Source: Eledone cirrhosa (Eukaryota). Taken from it: a stretch of 64,000 nucleotides of DNA. The notes under the pieces were generated by a model. It was not told the origin of the DNA. It searched no databases and saw only the letters and a list, made by a program, of their open reading frames with translations. The DNA lies in the NCBI GenBank assembly GCA_964016885.1, contig OZ024743.1:184512001-184576000 (forward strand), written 5' to 3'. The position numbers were made by a program, and so were the translations under genes. Each line of letters opens with the position of its first letter. Within the stretch, counting starts at the first letter, position 1. Shown piece by piece: positions 1 through 13,310 of the stretch.

Positions 1-81
1 CCGTTTGTTTACAAACGAACAAAGCGAACGTTATAATAAATGTTCGCTAAACTGATACGTACATATATATATGTGTGCCTG

Positions 82-132
<51 letters not shown>

Positions 133-300
133 GCTACTGTACGTCTGTATACATATATGTATGTACGTATACATACATACTTACATTTAAGTAAGTGCCG
201 TACTAAGAGTGAGAAATGAAATTTTGTTTCATTCTATTCCAATTTAATATAATGTATGTATATATAATATATATATAATATAATATATATATATATATAT

Positions 301-1225
301 CATCATCATCATTTTACGTCTGCTTTTCCTTGCTTGCAAGGGTGGGACGGGAACTGATTCTGGCTTGATTTCTACAGCTGGATGCCCTTCCTAACACCAA
401 CCTCATTTACAGTGAGTGCTGGGTGCTTTTTTGCCGTGGCACCTACACCACTTTGCAGTGGAATGATAGGGACCCCAGTCCCTATCATCTCATTTCTACA
501 GCTGAGTAAACTGGAGCAATGTGAAATAAAGTGTCTTGCTCAAGGAAACAACACATCACCCGGTCTGAGAATTGAACTCACAACCTTTTGATTGCAAGGC
601 CAATGCTCTAACCACTAAGCCATGTGCCTCCATGTAATATAATATAATATATATATATAATCATCATCATCATCACCGTTTTACGTCCATGTTTCCACGC
701 TAGCATGGGTTAGAAGAGTTCTCCTGTTGAGGGCAATGCTAGGTCAAGTGACCATGTCTTGCTCATACAGAACAGATATTGGTTACCTTTCCTAACACCA
801 ACCCCATTTACAATGAGTACTGAGTGTTTTTTATCATGTCACCTACACGACCACTTTACAGAGTAGACTGGGTGCTTTTTGTCTTGAAACCTACATATCC
901 ACTTTACAGTGTGGGCTGGGTGTTTTTTGTCATGACACCTACATGATCACTTTACAGTGGGCGCATGGAGGGTGGGGCATACTGTGTATGTGCTTCAGCT
1001 TCAACCTGTGTCAATGAGAAGTTGGGTCTTCTGTATTATTGCATAATGTTAAAGATCTCGGTCCTGTGTCATCGCCTTTGAGAGGTGCAATTGGGCATGG
1101 TAAGCTTTTATCACCTCATCCCAAGTATTCCTGGGTCTCCCCACTCCAAGACTTCCATTGACTTTGAGTGCTCTGAACCTTTTTATATAGCTGTTATCCT
1201 TCATATGCATTACATGTCCCACCTG
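301..1225 (-). mobile_element. RTE LINE 3'-end fragments, with an intervening SINE-like piece
   Basis: (CAT)n tails; 3'UTR matches the RTE copy at 44050-44440; degenerate ORF end near 1100-1220. Confidence 0.75.
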
Positions 1226-1300
1226 GATTACGCACTGTATGTCATTATTGCACCCCTATAACTCCATCAGGAGTTATAGCACCATACACACAAATTATAG

Positions 1301-1453
1301 TACAGGTATAACAAATTTTTCAGTATAACAACATTTGTTTCATCCCTGGCCACACACTCAATATGTTAGGTCGATCTTATTATAAATAATTTTTTGTTAC
1401 AACAAATTTTTTTTATACCCCGTGAATTTCGTTATAGCGGAATTTCACTGTAT
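1301..1453. mobile_element. Tigger/pogo-like MITE remnant
   Basis: Terminus 'ttcgttatagcggaatttcactgta' with internal gttataacga-like repeats; TA-flanked. Confidence 0.45.
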
Positions 1454-2948
1454 AAGAGGTCAGCTTCCAACAAGCTGAGACAATGATGTGATTTTAATCC
1501 TTAACTAAAGCCATTTTACTTCTCTGACATTACTCACACCTTTAAGAAAGACATAATGCTGCCCTTCATGTCACTTTTAAGTGGAACTTTTGTGCATTCT
1601 AAGTTCAAATCGTGTCATTGAAAAAACAATGACGCTTCTTCCAGGAGTAGCGACTATTAATAATGGAAGACCAATGAAAACATAGTTTCCTTGGTTTGAT
1701 CTGATGGTTGGCACCTTTCCTTTTCCTGCACTTCTAGACATGTTGCTTCTATTGCAGCTTGTGAGAGTTCATGTCTCCCTCATAGTGAAGGATAGTTAAC
1801 CAACAACTAGTTATGACTGTCACAATTTGCTCTGCAAACTGGGGTTGATAGTTGGAATGAGGAAATCCACTTACTGCTTATGTGCATCTGCAGCATAAAA
1901 AAATCCATACTGTTGGGTGGCAGAAAAACTTTCTGGGTTAGAAAGTTTTTTTGGTTAACCATTAAACTCAGTGAAGAGGTCTCATCATTGTCAGATGATT
2001 TTAAACAGCAGCATGTCATACATATCAAGACAGAGGTTGGAGCCACTGTCACTGTGTTTAATAAAAACGTTTGTTATGTGAGTATGTATGTGTGAGAGAG
2101 AGAAAGAGAGAGACAAGCCTGGAAATATGGGAAGAATGTTGGGAAGCAGGAAATAACATTGGTAACTAAAAGAGAAGCTAAATGTAGGTTGTATGTAGCA
2201 CAGAGAAAAGCTAAAAGTAAGAATTTTGTAAATGTTCTGCAGCAAGAGCATACAAGTCTAAAATGTCCTGGATTGTAAAGAAGTGTACCAATGCAAATCA
2301 AGACATTGTTGGGGTAAAATGTGTCCAGAATAACAGTGATATCCTTACTCTCACTGACACCTAGAAATAAGAGGCTTGGAAATGTTATTATGAGTAGTTG
2401 CTGAATGAGGAGAATGATTTTGAAAAGAAAGAGACAAAACAGAGGGACCAGCTATTAAAATTGACAGTGTTGGAGTGCAAGACCTGCAGATCATATCCAG
2501 TTGTTTGATCAACCACCTTAAAAAAGATAAATTGGACAATGTTGTCATAGATATTCAAAAATACAGGTAGTTATGGCTGGACAGCCTTTGATAAGTGCTG
2601 ACTTAGAGCTAAACAACAAAAACAACCAACTAATTATGTGATATGGGCTGCTCAACAAAACAACAACAATGATAATAAAATGGAAATCTTGTTTATCAAA
2701 TAATAAACAGAAAAACATACAACGGAAATGTCTTTGTAATGTTCTTGTGAAAAAATGACCAGCATGTGAAACAGTGCAATGCGCTGTACGTAGATAAGAT
2801 AAGACAGACAAGAAAATTCGCTTGTTATATACAGTCCAATACCTCTAAATGAGCTGAGCCAGAAAAAGTTTGAAAGGATCTGTTAGCTCATTAACTGCTG
2901 TTGAGATATCTTCGTCATTTTAGCTGATGATGGAATCTCTCTTTTCTC

Positions 2949-3041
2949 TTAGCTGTTTATAAGATCTTTCTGTTCAAAATATTGGCACACAAGACATATA
3001 ATAAGGTTCAATGGAGTGAGGTGGGGATCTGATGGGTTATT
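2949..3041 (-). CDS. GEMIN2: Gemin2 terminal coding exon 8
   Basis: ttcttttacag acceptor; NNPSDPHLTPLNLIICLVCQYFEQKDLINS* matches 'LNLLICLVSRYFDQRDL'; the eight exons sum to 753 nt = 250 aa + stop. Confidence 0.96.
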   Translation of the reverse strand, partial: NNPSDPHLTPLNLIICLVCQYFEQKDLINS

Positions 3042-3872
3042 CTGTAAAAGAAATATAAATATTTAAATAATTTTAACATTTATTAGGTAAATGTTTTTTA
3101 AAATATTTTCTTTATTTGAAAATAGCAGAAGATTATGCAAAAGGCATAAACAATGTTTTTTCTAATGCTCTTGAGAAAGGCTTGCATGCTACAACTTCTC
3201 ATTCACTTATCTCTAAAATATAATGCTGTTCAATACAGGTCATAAGAAAATCAATATTCTTTTGTTTTTATTCTTATCTTCTACTCAGGATCAATTTTGT
3301 TTTACGACACTCCAAGTTGACTAAAATAAAGCTAGACGATCAATTTAACAGAATCATTAGAGTGTTGGATATTTGTTCTAGATCTCTGCGTTCTAAGTTC
3401 AAATCTTGCTGAGATCCACTTTGCCTTTCGTCTTTTTGAGGTTGGTAAAGAAAGTACCAACCCAGTGCAGGTGCAACCTTCTTTCTTTTCCTCTATTACA
3501 TACTGGATGTTCTGCTGGATCAAAAGGAGAGTTGAGAGGGCATCTGTGTCTGCTTATAACTGTATGGGCACCTAAGACCCTTAGCAAAAGTATAGCACAT
3601 ACCACCAAGTCATATACATGACTGTGAGTGACAGCTGTAATAGTTATACTCAGTTGAATCCAATTAACTATAATTTTCTCCTAAAATAATTAGTTTTGTG
3701 TCTAGTCAAAGATTTTTAGTTAAATTATCATTTTCTATTCGTTTTTACATGCTTGTACAAGTTGGATGAAGCCTGAAGCTCATCCAGTGTCTTTCATAAG
3801 CATTAATCCTTTTGATACCAATCTGCAAGAAAAAAAAAACCCCACTGATTTTAAAATGTTCGTATTTAAATT

Positions 3873-4060
3873 AATTGTTTCTACTTTAGGCACAAGGCCA
3901 GCAATTACCCAGTGCATTACTGGTACTTTATTTTATCGACCCCGTAAGGATGAAAGGCAAAGTCAACCTCGGCGGGATTTGAACTCAGATCGTAAAGGGA
4001 CGTAACTATGCTGGAAAGCATGGCGTCCGACCCTCCACCGATACTGCCAATCCACCGCCT
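3873..4060 (-). mobile_element. tRNA-derived SINE
   Basis: A box TGGCAGTATCGG and B box GTTCAAATC on the minus strand; flanking duplication ttcgtatttaaattaat; many near-identical copies in the window. Confidence 0.85.
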
Positions 4061-4811
4061 TCGTATTTAAATTAATATCTTCCAACATAATTTGACATAT
4101 GACAAATATCATAATATTGAATAAATTAATAATTTTAGTAAAACCTTCCAAATAACTGATATACAGTGTATTTAATTAGAAATACAGTAACAAAAAGATT
4201 AAGTGACTACGGGTAAAAAAACTCTCCCTGGGTAGGATGACAATCTGCCACAGGATTAACCCCTAGTTACTGCTGATATTCATTTTCAGCTGAGTGAATT
4301 GCAGCAATGTGAAATGAAGTGCGTTGCTCAAGGACAAAACACATTACCTGGTCAGAGAATTGAATCCATAACATCATGATCATACTGACACATAATAGCT
4401 TAAGAGTTAAAAACTAAACCAAACAAAATACTACAAAGATAAGCCCCACATAGACATACATCAGGACTCATGCTTTCTAGATAGATATAACAGAGAAGTA
4501 GAGGCTTGAATGAAAAAGATCTTATCAACAAGTGGGAACTAAAAATTGTAAGAGGCAGAGAGAGGACAAAGGGGAGACTGACTCACCGTGTATAGGAGTA
4601 AAGTTGATGATGGCAATAATAATAATAATAAGTGAAATAGAAATAGAAGCTTTGCTGTAACATTGACTATATAATAGTTTAATAATGGGGTGTATAAACC
4701 CACTGAACGGAAAAAGATGGGTATTGGCAGATATCTTTTTCTGTGCTGATACCCATCTTTTTCCATTCAGTGGATTTATACCCCATTATTAGACTGTATT
4801 ATGTAGTCAAT

Positions 4812-4978
4812 GGATTGGCAGTATCGGTAGAGGGTCGGACGCCATGCTTTGACGTATAGAGTTACGGCCTTTGTCATTCTGAGTTCAAATCCTGCCGAGG
4901 TTAACTTTGCCTTTACTCCTTACAGGGTCGATAAAATAAAGTACCAGTAATGTGCTGGCCTTGTGCCAAATAAACAAT
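4812..4978 (+). mobile_element. tRNA-derived SINE inserted into a palindromic element
   Basis: A/B boxes; target duplication attatgtagtcaatg on both sides. Confidence 0.85.
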
Positions 4979-5382
4979 TATGTAGTCAATGTTACAGCAA
5001 AACTACTATTTCTATTTCAATTCTTAACTTCGCTCACCACGTTCCAAAAATAATAATAATAATAATTTCTATATTAACTACAAAGGGTTTACATCAAGAA
5101 AAACATTAAAGATGGCACAGGACAAAACATTAAGTGAATGTGTTGGTTTTGCAATTTAAACAGGTTTAAATATAAGGGGAGGTAACAATAAAATGTTTGT
5201 CTAAGAAATGAGAAAAGAACCCGTCATTCTTCATGTCTTAAGCTTATGTTATGCCTCATGTAGTCCTAAATAACCAGCAGAAACACCAAAGTTGTGAAAA
5301 AGGAGATAATAATAATAATAATTATGGCTGTGAACTTTGCAAAAACACAATGCTGAATAGAAATATCTTCAGCTCAACATAC

Positions 5383-5493
5383 CACTAATGCCCGTAATCG
5401 AGCACAAATCCTTGCCAAATTCCTTATGGCAGAACAAGCTTCAGGGGTAAGAGGTTTCTGTAGACAGGTTAGTAGTGCAAAAATCCACTGGCC
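5383..5493 (-). CDS. GEMIN2: Gemin2 coding exon 7
   Basis: ctattacag acceptor; [37 protein letters not shown] matches the hallmark 'GRWLYALLACLEKPL.PEA.S.IR.LAR.C'; gtatgt donor; 111 nt. Confidence 0.97.
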
Positions 5494-7188
5494 CTGTAAT
5501 AGAAACAAATATGTTATAAAATAAAATTTGTGGATGTATCTTGGGTTTTAAAATTGATACACTGCATCCCTGTGTGTCATCAGAGATGAGTAACTATCCC
5601 ATCTAACCTATACCAGCATGAAAAAGTGGATAAACAAATGTCCTGATGATGATAGAAAAATTAACATTAAATGTAAAAAGAAAATATATATATAACAGAA
5701 TAAGCTAAGTAGATAATGAGTGAAAGGTAAAGCTGCACACGTTCTTAGCATTTACTGCTCATGTGCATCTGCAGCATAAAAAGTCTATCTTCACTGTTAG
5801 TCTTGCTATCATGCCATTACATCTCTTATGCATCCATAACATACACTGAGTACATCTTATGGAATTCAAACCTACTCCTTTTCTGCATATCAAGTTTCAC
5901 CATTTCTCTGACAATATCAGGATCCAGTTTTCTTTCTTATTTAATAAAACTTCAGTTTTTGCTAAGATTATTTTGAGACCTTGCAATTCTAGGTTTTGCT
6001 TCCATGACTAGAATTTCTTCTCTAAATTTAATACAGGTTCAGCTACAATCTAGTGAAAGGCCTTCTTGAGGTTGACAAATATTAATTATAGTGGGTTTGC
6101 TCCTAAGTATTTCTCTTACAGTTGTCTCACTAGTTAATGGGCACAAAGCCAAATTGCATCTCATATATGCTAATTCTCTTTCTAATCAGTTGTGCTATAA
6201 CTCTTTCAGTAATTTTCTGGTATGTGTTGGATGGGTCATCATGGTTCAATTCAGTTCTTATTTAAAGCTACTACCCTTATAAATATGTTATACAAAGCAA
6301 AGTTTCTACAGTTGGATGCCCTTTCTAACACCAATCACTTCACAGAGCATAACACATGCCACATACACATCGACGTATACATAAACATGATACAGGCATA
6401 GATTCATACATACACACCACCAACATAGATAAAGACAAATACTCACACATCTAAAACAACAATTACAGGTATTTTAAGGCTATCTTCTCTGTTCAAGTAG
6501 AAGTTAGCCTTGCGAGCCCCATGACAATCTTCTCCAATTCAATCCCCTGGCATTCATATCTTCTTCCATAATCTTTAGCCATGTCTTTATTGGTTTTCCC
6601 CTTCATCTATTTCCACATTCATGTCCATCACCTCTCTCACCCAGTCACTTTCATCCTTCCTTAAAACATGACCCAACCATCTCACTCCATTGTGAATTCG
6701 ATTTAGAATAGGTCCACATTATTTCTGTGTATTGCAAATGGTGACTAAGAGTTGGCACCGGGAAGGACAGCTGACCTAAGACCTTATGATGAGTATACTA
6801 ACATGTCTGAAACAAACATAAAGGATTTCAATACAAACAAAATACAGATATATAATTTCAGGCTGTTAAAAAAAAGGGGGTTTTTTTCGGTGTTTTTTTT
6901 TGTGCATGGCCTTTTTCAGCAAATAATTATCAATAGAGTAGCTTTAAGATAGCATATTGGGTTAGTATGTATTTATAAAAAGCTTTATGTATTCAAAAGA
7001 ATGCTCAACTAGAAAAAGGAGATATATATGTGTATATACAAATAATTGTTTCTACTTTAGGCACAAGGCTAGCAATTACCCAGTGCATTACTGGTACTTT
7101 ATTTTATCGACCCCGTAAGGATGAAAGGCAAAGTCAACCTCGGTGGGATTTGAACTCAGATCGTATGAATGTTCTATTAAATGTTTAC

Positions 7189-7257
7189 CTGGTGATGTGT
7201 AAATCCAATGCTTTCAAAACAGTTCATATGGTAATTTAAAAGTCGTTCAATGCAGTG
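7189..7257 (-). CDS. GEMIN2: Gemin2 coding exon 6
   Basis: tctttttcag acceptor; HCIERLLNYHMNCFESIGFTHHQ aligns with human '[23 protein letters not shown]'; gtaaac donor; 69 nt. Confidence 0.9.
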
Positions 7258-7903
7258 CTGAAAAAGAATCAATATAACCACCAATATCTTGTAGTTGTTT
7301 TAGAGAAATGATAAAAAAAAATATCTAGACTATTTCCATCATGAAATTACACAGCACAATAGCAATGAGATCAATGTGATGGACTGATTACAAATACATG
7401 AATTATATCTAATCTCTCAGCAAAAAGTACATAATCCTAACAGTCTTATTTTGATTGACTGATAAGAGAAGGGGCTCTATACTTGTGAGTGCTGTTTAAC
7501 ACTTTTGTCACCATAATTCTACTGAAAAACAGCCTATGATTTTCAAATACTTTTGAAAATAATCAAGAATTTGGAGGATTTTTACATGGGTTTTTTTTCA
7601 CGCTGGCTATGTCTTGACTTCTTTTTTATATATTTTTGCACACCTAACCGCTAGAATATAAACAAATATCACCACCTGCAATGTCAAATGTGAAGAGAAG
7701 TGAAGAACAAATACAAACAAACCAAATTCACTTGCAAGGCATTGGCCGTCCAGAAGCTATAGTAGAAGCTATTTTCCCAAGGTGTTAGAACCTAAGACCA
7801 TGAGATTGTGAAGCAAATTTATTAACCATACAGCCAATGCTATAAGATAAGAATACATAAATGCAGCTGAATATTCTAGAAATTATTTGGAAATGTGTCT
7901 TAC

Positions 7904-8035
7904 CTGCTCCATAACACCAACTAAACTGAGCAAGGGAAGGCAACCACCTTCTAAAGAGTTAGATTCCTCTTGAGTGAGATTTTTCAATTTTCCAAAACAC
8001 AGTTTAAACCATTCTTCAACTTCGGATGCTAAAGG
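7904..8035 (-). CDS. GEMIN2: Gemin2 coding exon 5
   Basis: ttttcttgaag acceptor; PLASEVEEWFKLCFGKLKNLTQEESNSLEGGCLPLLSLVGVMEQ has the Gemin2 'W..FC.G...PLLS.V..M.Q' pattern; gtaag donor; 132 nt. Confidence 0.93.
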
Positions 8036-8176
8036 CTTCAAGAAAACAGAATATGTATAATTGAAGAGGTGTGATTAACCATTTTGTTACTATATTTCTA
8101 ATGAAAGACACTGCCTATGATTTTAAAAATCATCAAAAACATGGAGTGATTTAGTAATATAATTAATTTTCTCATT

Positions 8177-8333
8177 TGGCAGTATCGGAAGCATAGAGTT
8201 ACGGCCCTTTATGATCTGAGTTCAAATTCCGCCAAGGTTAACTTTGCCTTTCATCCTTACGGTGTCGAAAAAATAAAGTACCAGTAATGCACTGGAATAA
8301 TTGCTGGCCTTATGCCAAAAGTAGAAACAATTA
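8177..8333 (+). mobile_element. tRNA-derived SINE
   Basis: Same family as 4812-4978. Confidence 0.8.
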
Positions 8334-9099
8334 TTAAGCCAGTGTTATAAACATAAAGGTTCTTATTTAAAACTATGATGGAAGATTTTTAGAATATAAA
8401 CACTAAGATAAAGAGCTTTGTATTGTAGAACCAGGAGTGGTTTCAGTTGATTTTGTCTCAAAAGTTGGTAAACAATCAATACCTAACTTTTCTCTCAACC
8501 CATCTGTGCTTTGCTGTTCATGTACACTAACATTACACATCTAACAGAACATATGCTCGTTTCATTTCTTTCTAGCTTTTGCATATCCTCTACATTTAGA
8601 TCTCATGTCTCACCGCCATGCAATATTGCACTATGTAAGAGATTCCAATATTATTTACAAAATGTTTGATAACATATTTATACTGTACCGATTGTGTTGT
8701 TATTTCTGTTTACTTTTGACATACATATATATATATGTATATATATATATATGTACATTATGTAATGTATTGCAGTGAGATTATAATGAGGTTTCTATAT
8801 TAAATATCTGATTTTGAAAAGTCCCAGGAAGGGGTGAAACGTTCGTTCAGCATTTGATGTATTAATGTATTTGGTGTCTTTTTTTAATGAATAATTTGCT
8901 TCTAGTGTAATTGTTATTTTGGGCATAATAGGAGTGTGTATACAGACCTTTTTGGAAAATTCTTTCAGAAGGGTTGATACATAGCCTTTTGTTTTGCTTA
9001 TTATAATAAATTACTCTATTTTGAGCTGTGTTTAACCTCTCTACCTATGTTTTTAAATTTTTATATTGTTTTTGTGAAAAACGATGTATATTTATATAT

Positions 9100-9508
9100 T
9101 ACCCAATTACACCTCTCAAAGGCGAGGACACACGACCATGACCTCTGGCGTCACGCAGTAATACAGAAGACCCGACCCCCCACGGGTACAAGCCGAAGCT
9201 GAAGCATATAGACAATATGCCCCCACAACCTCCCACTGCAAAGTGGTCATGGAGGTGCCACGGTAAAAAAGCACCCAGCCCACACTGTAAAGGGGTCGTG
9301 TAGGTGCCACGGAAAAAAAGCACCCAGCACTCACTGTAAATGAGGTTGGTGTTAGGAAGGGCATCCAGCTGTAGAAATCAAGCCAAAATCAGTTCCCGTA
9401 TGAGCAAGACAAGGTCAGCCGACCAGACACTGCCCACAACAGGACGACCCGTCTAACCCATGCTAGCATGGAAGAACGGACGTAAAACGGTGATGATGAT
9501 GATTATGA
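9100..9508 (+). mobile_element. 5'-truncated RTE LINE 3' end
   Basis: Near-identical to 44043-44440; (GAT)n tail. Confidence 0.85.
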
Positions 9509-9593
9509 TGTATATATCCAGGGAGTGCAACATGAAGTTACTGTAGGACCCAGGTGAGCACTCAATGTTTAGAGCTAGACAGAGTGTAATATA

Positions 9594-9783
9594 ATAATTG
9601 TTTCTACTTTTGGCACAAGGCCAGCAATTACCCAGTACATTACTGGTACTTTATTTTATCGACCCCGTAAGGATGAAAGGCAAAGTGAACCTCAGCGGGA
9701 TTTGAACTCAGACCATAAAGGGACGTAACTATGCTGGAAAGCATGGCGTCCGACTCTCTACCGATACTGCCAATCCACCGCCC
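9594..9783 (-). mobile_element. tRNA-derived SINE
   Basis: Family match; flanking duplication tgtaatataataat. Confidence 0.85.
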
Positions 9784-10192
9784 TGTAATATAATAATACA
9801 AGGATGTAATATAATAATACAAGGACGAATGGTTACTCCTTCATTACATTTATTGGCATCACCAACCAATAAATGTAATGAAGGAGTAACCATTTGTCCT
9901 TGTATTATTATATATATATGTATATATATATCTACATACATACATTTATTTATTGATCTATATATGCTGTAAAGTGGTTGGTGTTAGAAAAGGCATTCAA
10001 CTGTAGAAAGCTTACAAAACAAGGGGTTAGGGGGATCCTTCAGTTTGTGTCAAAAGACACAACTTCTCTACACTCAATAACTGTATGTAAGCGGAATGCA
10101 GACCTTCTCAGCCTGTCTGGCAGCATGCCAATAACCCTATGTCAGTACTGACTTGGTTTATGTAGACCTGTCTAACCCTTGCTATATATTAT

Positions 10193-13100
10193 ATCATCAT
10201 CATCATTTTACGTCTGCTTTTCCCTGCTTGCAAGGGTGGGACGGGTCCTATTCAGCACAGCATCTCTCCACTTGTCACGGTTCTTTGTCATCTCCTCCGT
10301 GAGCTTCAGCAATCTGAGGTCTGCTCTCACCACCTCCACCCATGTTTTTCGTGGTCTTCCTCTACTGCATCTTCCTTCAACTGGCATTTCTTGGCACTTC
10401 TTTACCCAGCGGTCATCCTCCATGCACATCACATGTCCATACCATCGCATTCTTCTCTCTTGCACCCTACAACTTATCCCTCTTAAACAGTTTCTCTCTC
10501 AACACATCCATGCTCAGTCGTTCACGTACATTGACATTGCACATCCAAAGGAGCATGCTTGCTTCATTTCTCTCCAGCCGTTGCATATCTTCCGCACCTC
10601 ACCCAGGCATCATATAACCGGCCTTTCATATGCAGGGAGAAACCCTTCTTTGTCAGCAGAGGAAGCAGCTCCCTAAACTTCTTCCAACCCGTCCTTATTC
10701 TAGATACTATGGCCTCGGAACACCCTCCTCCCATGCTAATCTGATCACCTAGGTACCGGAAGCTATCAACCACTTCTATAGAACCTACCTGCATTTGAAA
10801 AATGTGTCTATCAATGCGACTTCTACTGTCAAATTTCCATGTACATCTACTGCATATGTATTTTTCCCTACCTATTAGTTTGCCTGCTATCCCACTACAT
10901 CTCTTGTGTACCCAGGATCTGCATTGTGTACATTTTATAGAATTTATGCCAGTTCATTTTCTGCATATCAAACATGGCCATTTCCCTGATGGAATCAGAG
11001 TTTTGTCCTCTTTTCTACTCAACACTTTTGTCTAAGCTAGGTTCACTCTCAGTCTTCTTAATTCCAACTGCTGTTTCCATAGCCAGAATTTATTCTCCAG
11101 CTCCTCTACTGATTCTGCTATAAGAACCAGATCATCAGCATAGAGAAGTTCCCATGGGCAGCCAGTCTTAAACTCCTCTGTTATGGCTTGGAGGACTATA
11201 ATGAACAAGAGCAGGCTGCGAACCGAACCCTAATGTACTCCTACTTGTATCTGGAATTCCTCACTAAACACCATTCCTACCCTCACTTTACTGACAGCAC
11301 CTCTGTACAAAGCTGGCACTGTCCTCACAAACCATTCCTCAACACCTAGTTTCCTTAGGGACCACTAGATGACAGATCGGAGTACCCTATCAAAGGCTTT
11401 CTCTAGGTCAACAAAGGCTAAGTATAGTGGCTTATTCTTCTCTAAGAACCTATCTTGTGGTTGTCTCACTAAGAAGAGAGCATCTGCTGTACTTTTCCCA
11501 GGCACAAAACCAAACTGCATCTCATCTAGTTTGACCCTTTCTCTAATTAGTTGCGCTAATATCCTTTCTGCCACTTTCATAACCTGATCCATCAGATTTA
11601 TACCCCTATAATTGCTCCTCTTCAGACCATCCCCTTTACCTTTGTAGCAATTTATGAGAATACTGCTGCACCAGTCTTTGGGTATGACACCACCATATAT
11701 AGCCTGATTGATGATGCGTGCTACCAGTTTAGTGCCTACGCCTCCTATCCCCGACTGTCCAGCGGCCTTACCATTTTTCATTTCCTTAATTGCCTCTTGG
11801 ACCCTATATTCGTCAATCTCAATAGCTGGTCCCTCTGTCAGATCTACTGGGGGTAATTTCTCTCTCCCTCATTCGTTCTCCACATTCATCAGTCTCTCTC
11901 ATAATGACATTTCCAGGCCTCCTTTTTCTGATCATTCGTGACACTAAGTACACCGGCATCATTCCGGACACACTTATCTCCAACATCATCCTGATTTGCA
12001 CTGACATACTGCCTTGCAATGCGGAACACCGCACATCTCTGATCTTCCCATCACAGAACATTAGCAAACCTCCTACTCTCAGCTTCCCTGCGCGCTAAGT
12101 ACACCTGACGTCTAGCTTCTCTCTTAGCGGTTGTGTATCCTCCTCTACTCCCACCATTTTTCCAAGCGTTCCATGTTAGTCTTTTGCCCTATCTACCGTG
12201 CTGTTCCACCACCAGGTCACTCTCTGTCTGGTTGGAGCTCTGCAGTAAGTTGTCACGTAAGAAATTCCAGTTATCATTTATATTAAACGACTCTAAACCG
12301 CCTTCTTTTTCGTCATGCACATCTCGAAGGGCTTTCCTAAATTTATATTTTAGTGAAAGGTCTTTTAGCTTCCAGATCTTTCTTTTCCACACCTTCTTGT
12401 ATGTCTCATTCTGTCTCTTGCTTACTGAGATGTCACTAACGACTAACCTATGCTGTGGGGTATATTCTTCCCCGGGGTATGCCTTAGTATTTGACACCAT
12501 CTGTCTGTCTCGCTGCCTAACTAGCAAGAAGTCAATCTGGCTTAAGTTATAGCCTGATTTGTAGGTTATTAGGTGGTTGCTAGGTTTCTGGAAGTTAGTG
12601 TTGCAAATGGTTAGTGCACTTACATCACAAAATTCAAGAAGCCTCACTCCTTCTTCATTTCTTGAGCCGTAACCGTGCCCACCATGTACCCCAGTGTATC
12701 CATCCTGGCCTGGAGTTGTCCAACATGACCATTGAAGTCCCCTGCTAGCATAACAATGTCTCCGTCCTCTGTCATTGCGACTGTTTGGAAAAGTTGCTCG
12801 TAAAAGCAGTCTTTCTCTTCTTTACCTAGGCCTGCCTAGGGAGCATAGGCAGAGATAATTGTTAGTAGTCTCTTGCCTACAACTAATCAAAGCTTAATTA
12901 TTCTATTATTAACTCTAACTACCTCTATTGTCTTATTGATCCACCTCCCAGCCAGTAAAATGCCTACCCCACCTAACCCATCATCATTACCCACCCAGAA
13001 AAGCATATAACTACGATGTTTGCCAGTGATTAGTCTTGCAGAGGCACCTCTCTATCTCACCTCTTGCACGCAGCACACATCCACATGCCTTCTCTCCAGC

Positions 13101-13310
13101 ATCTCCACTATCTCACCTGATCTATCTGTTAGAGTGCCAACATTAAGTGGGGCAACTCTGAGATGCGACGTCTTCATATTCTTGTTCTTGTTCCTGTTGT
13201 GCGATTGCTTGATGACGGTCAGGGGGTTCTCGCACATGGCTGCACCAGCCACCCCACTACCGTGCGCAGCCCTAACATGGTTAGTGTTATTGCTGTTTAA
13301 CATTTATTTT
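10193..13310 (-). mobile_element. RTE-clade LINE, near full length, disrupted (Gemin2 intron 4)
   Basis: APE motifs (LNVGTL, CCVQEVR, GDFNGHVG, QIDF); RT motifs (NYRGINL, AFVDLEKAFD, LLYADD, FRYLG); RLRWYGHV-type C-terminus; (GAT)n tail; stops and frameshifts. Confidence 0.93.

Noticed and set aside
1455-2060. Moderately complex non-repetitive stretch with short ORFs
   Set aside because: No recognisable motif or consistent splice pattern; left unassigned.
2843-2970. Apparent exon RSYKQLREKRDSIIS*NDEDISTAVNEL with a premature stop
   Set aside because: Wrong frame; the true Gemin2 last exon starts at 3041 and stops at 2949, so the remainder is 3'UTR.
3963-4151. ORF with 'INLFNIMIFVICQ' resembling the Gemin2 C-terminal helix
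   Set aside because: Overlaps a SINE and an AT-rich dispersed repeat; a far better match with proper splice sites exists at 2949-3041.
4812-4900. tRNA-like A and B boxes
   Set aside because: No cloverleaf; these are SINE heads repeated many times with target duplications.
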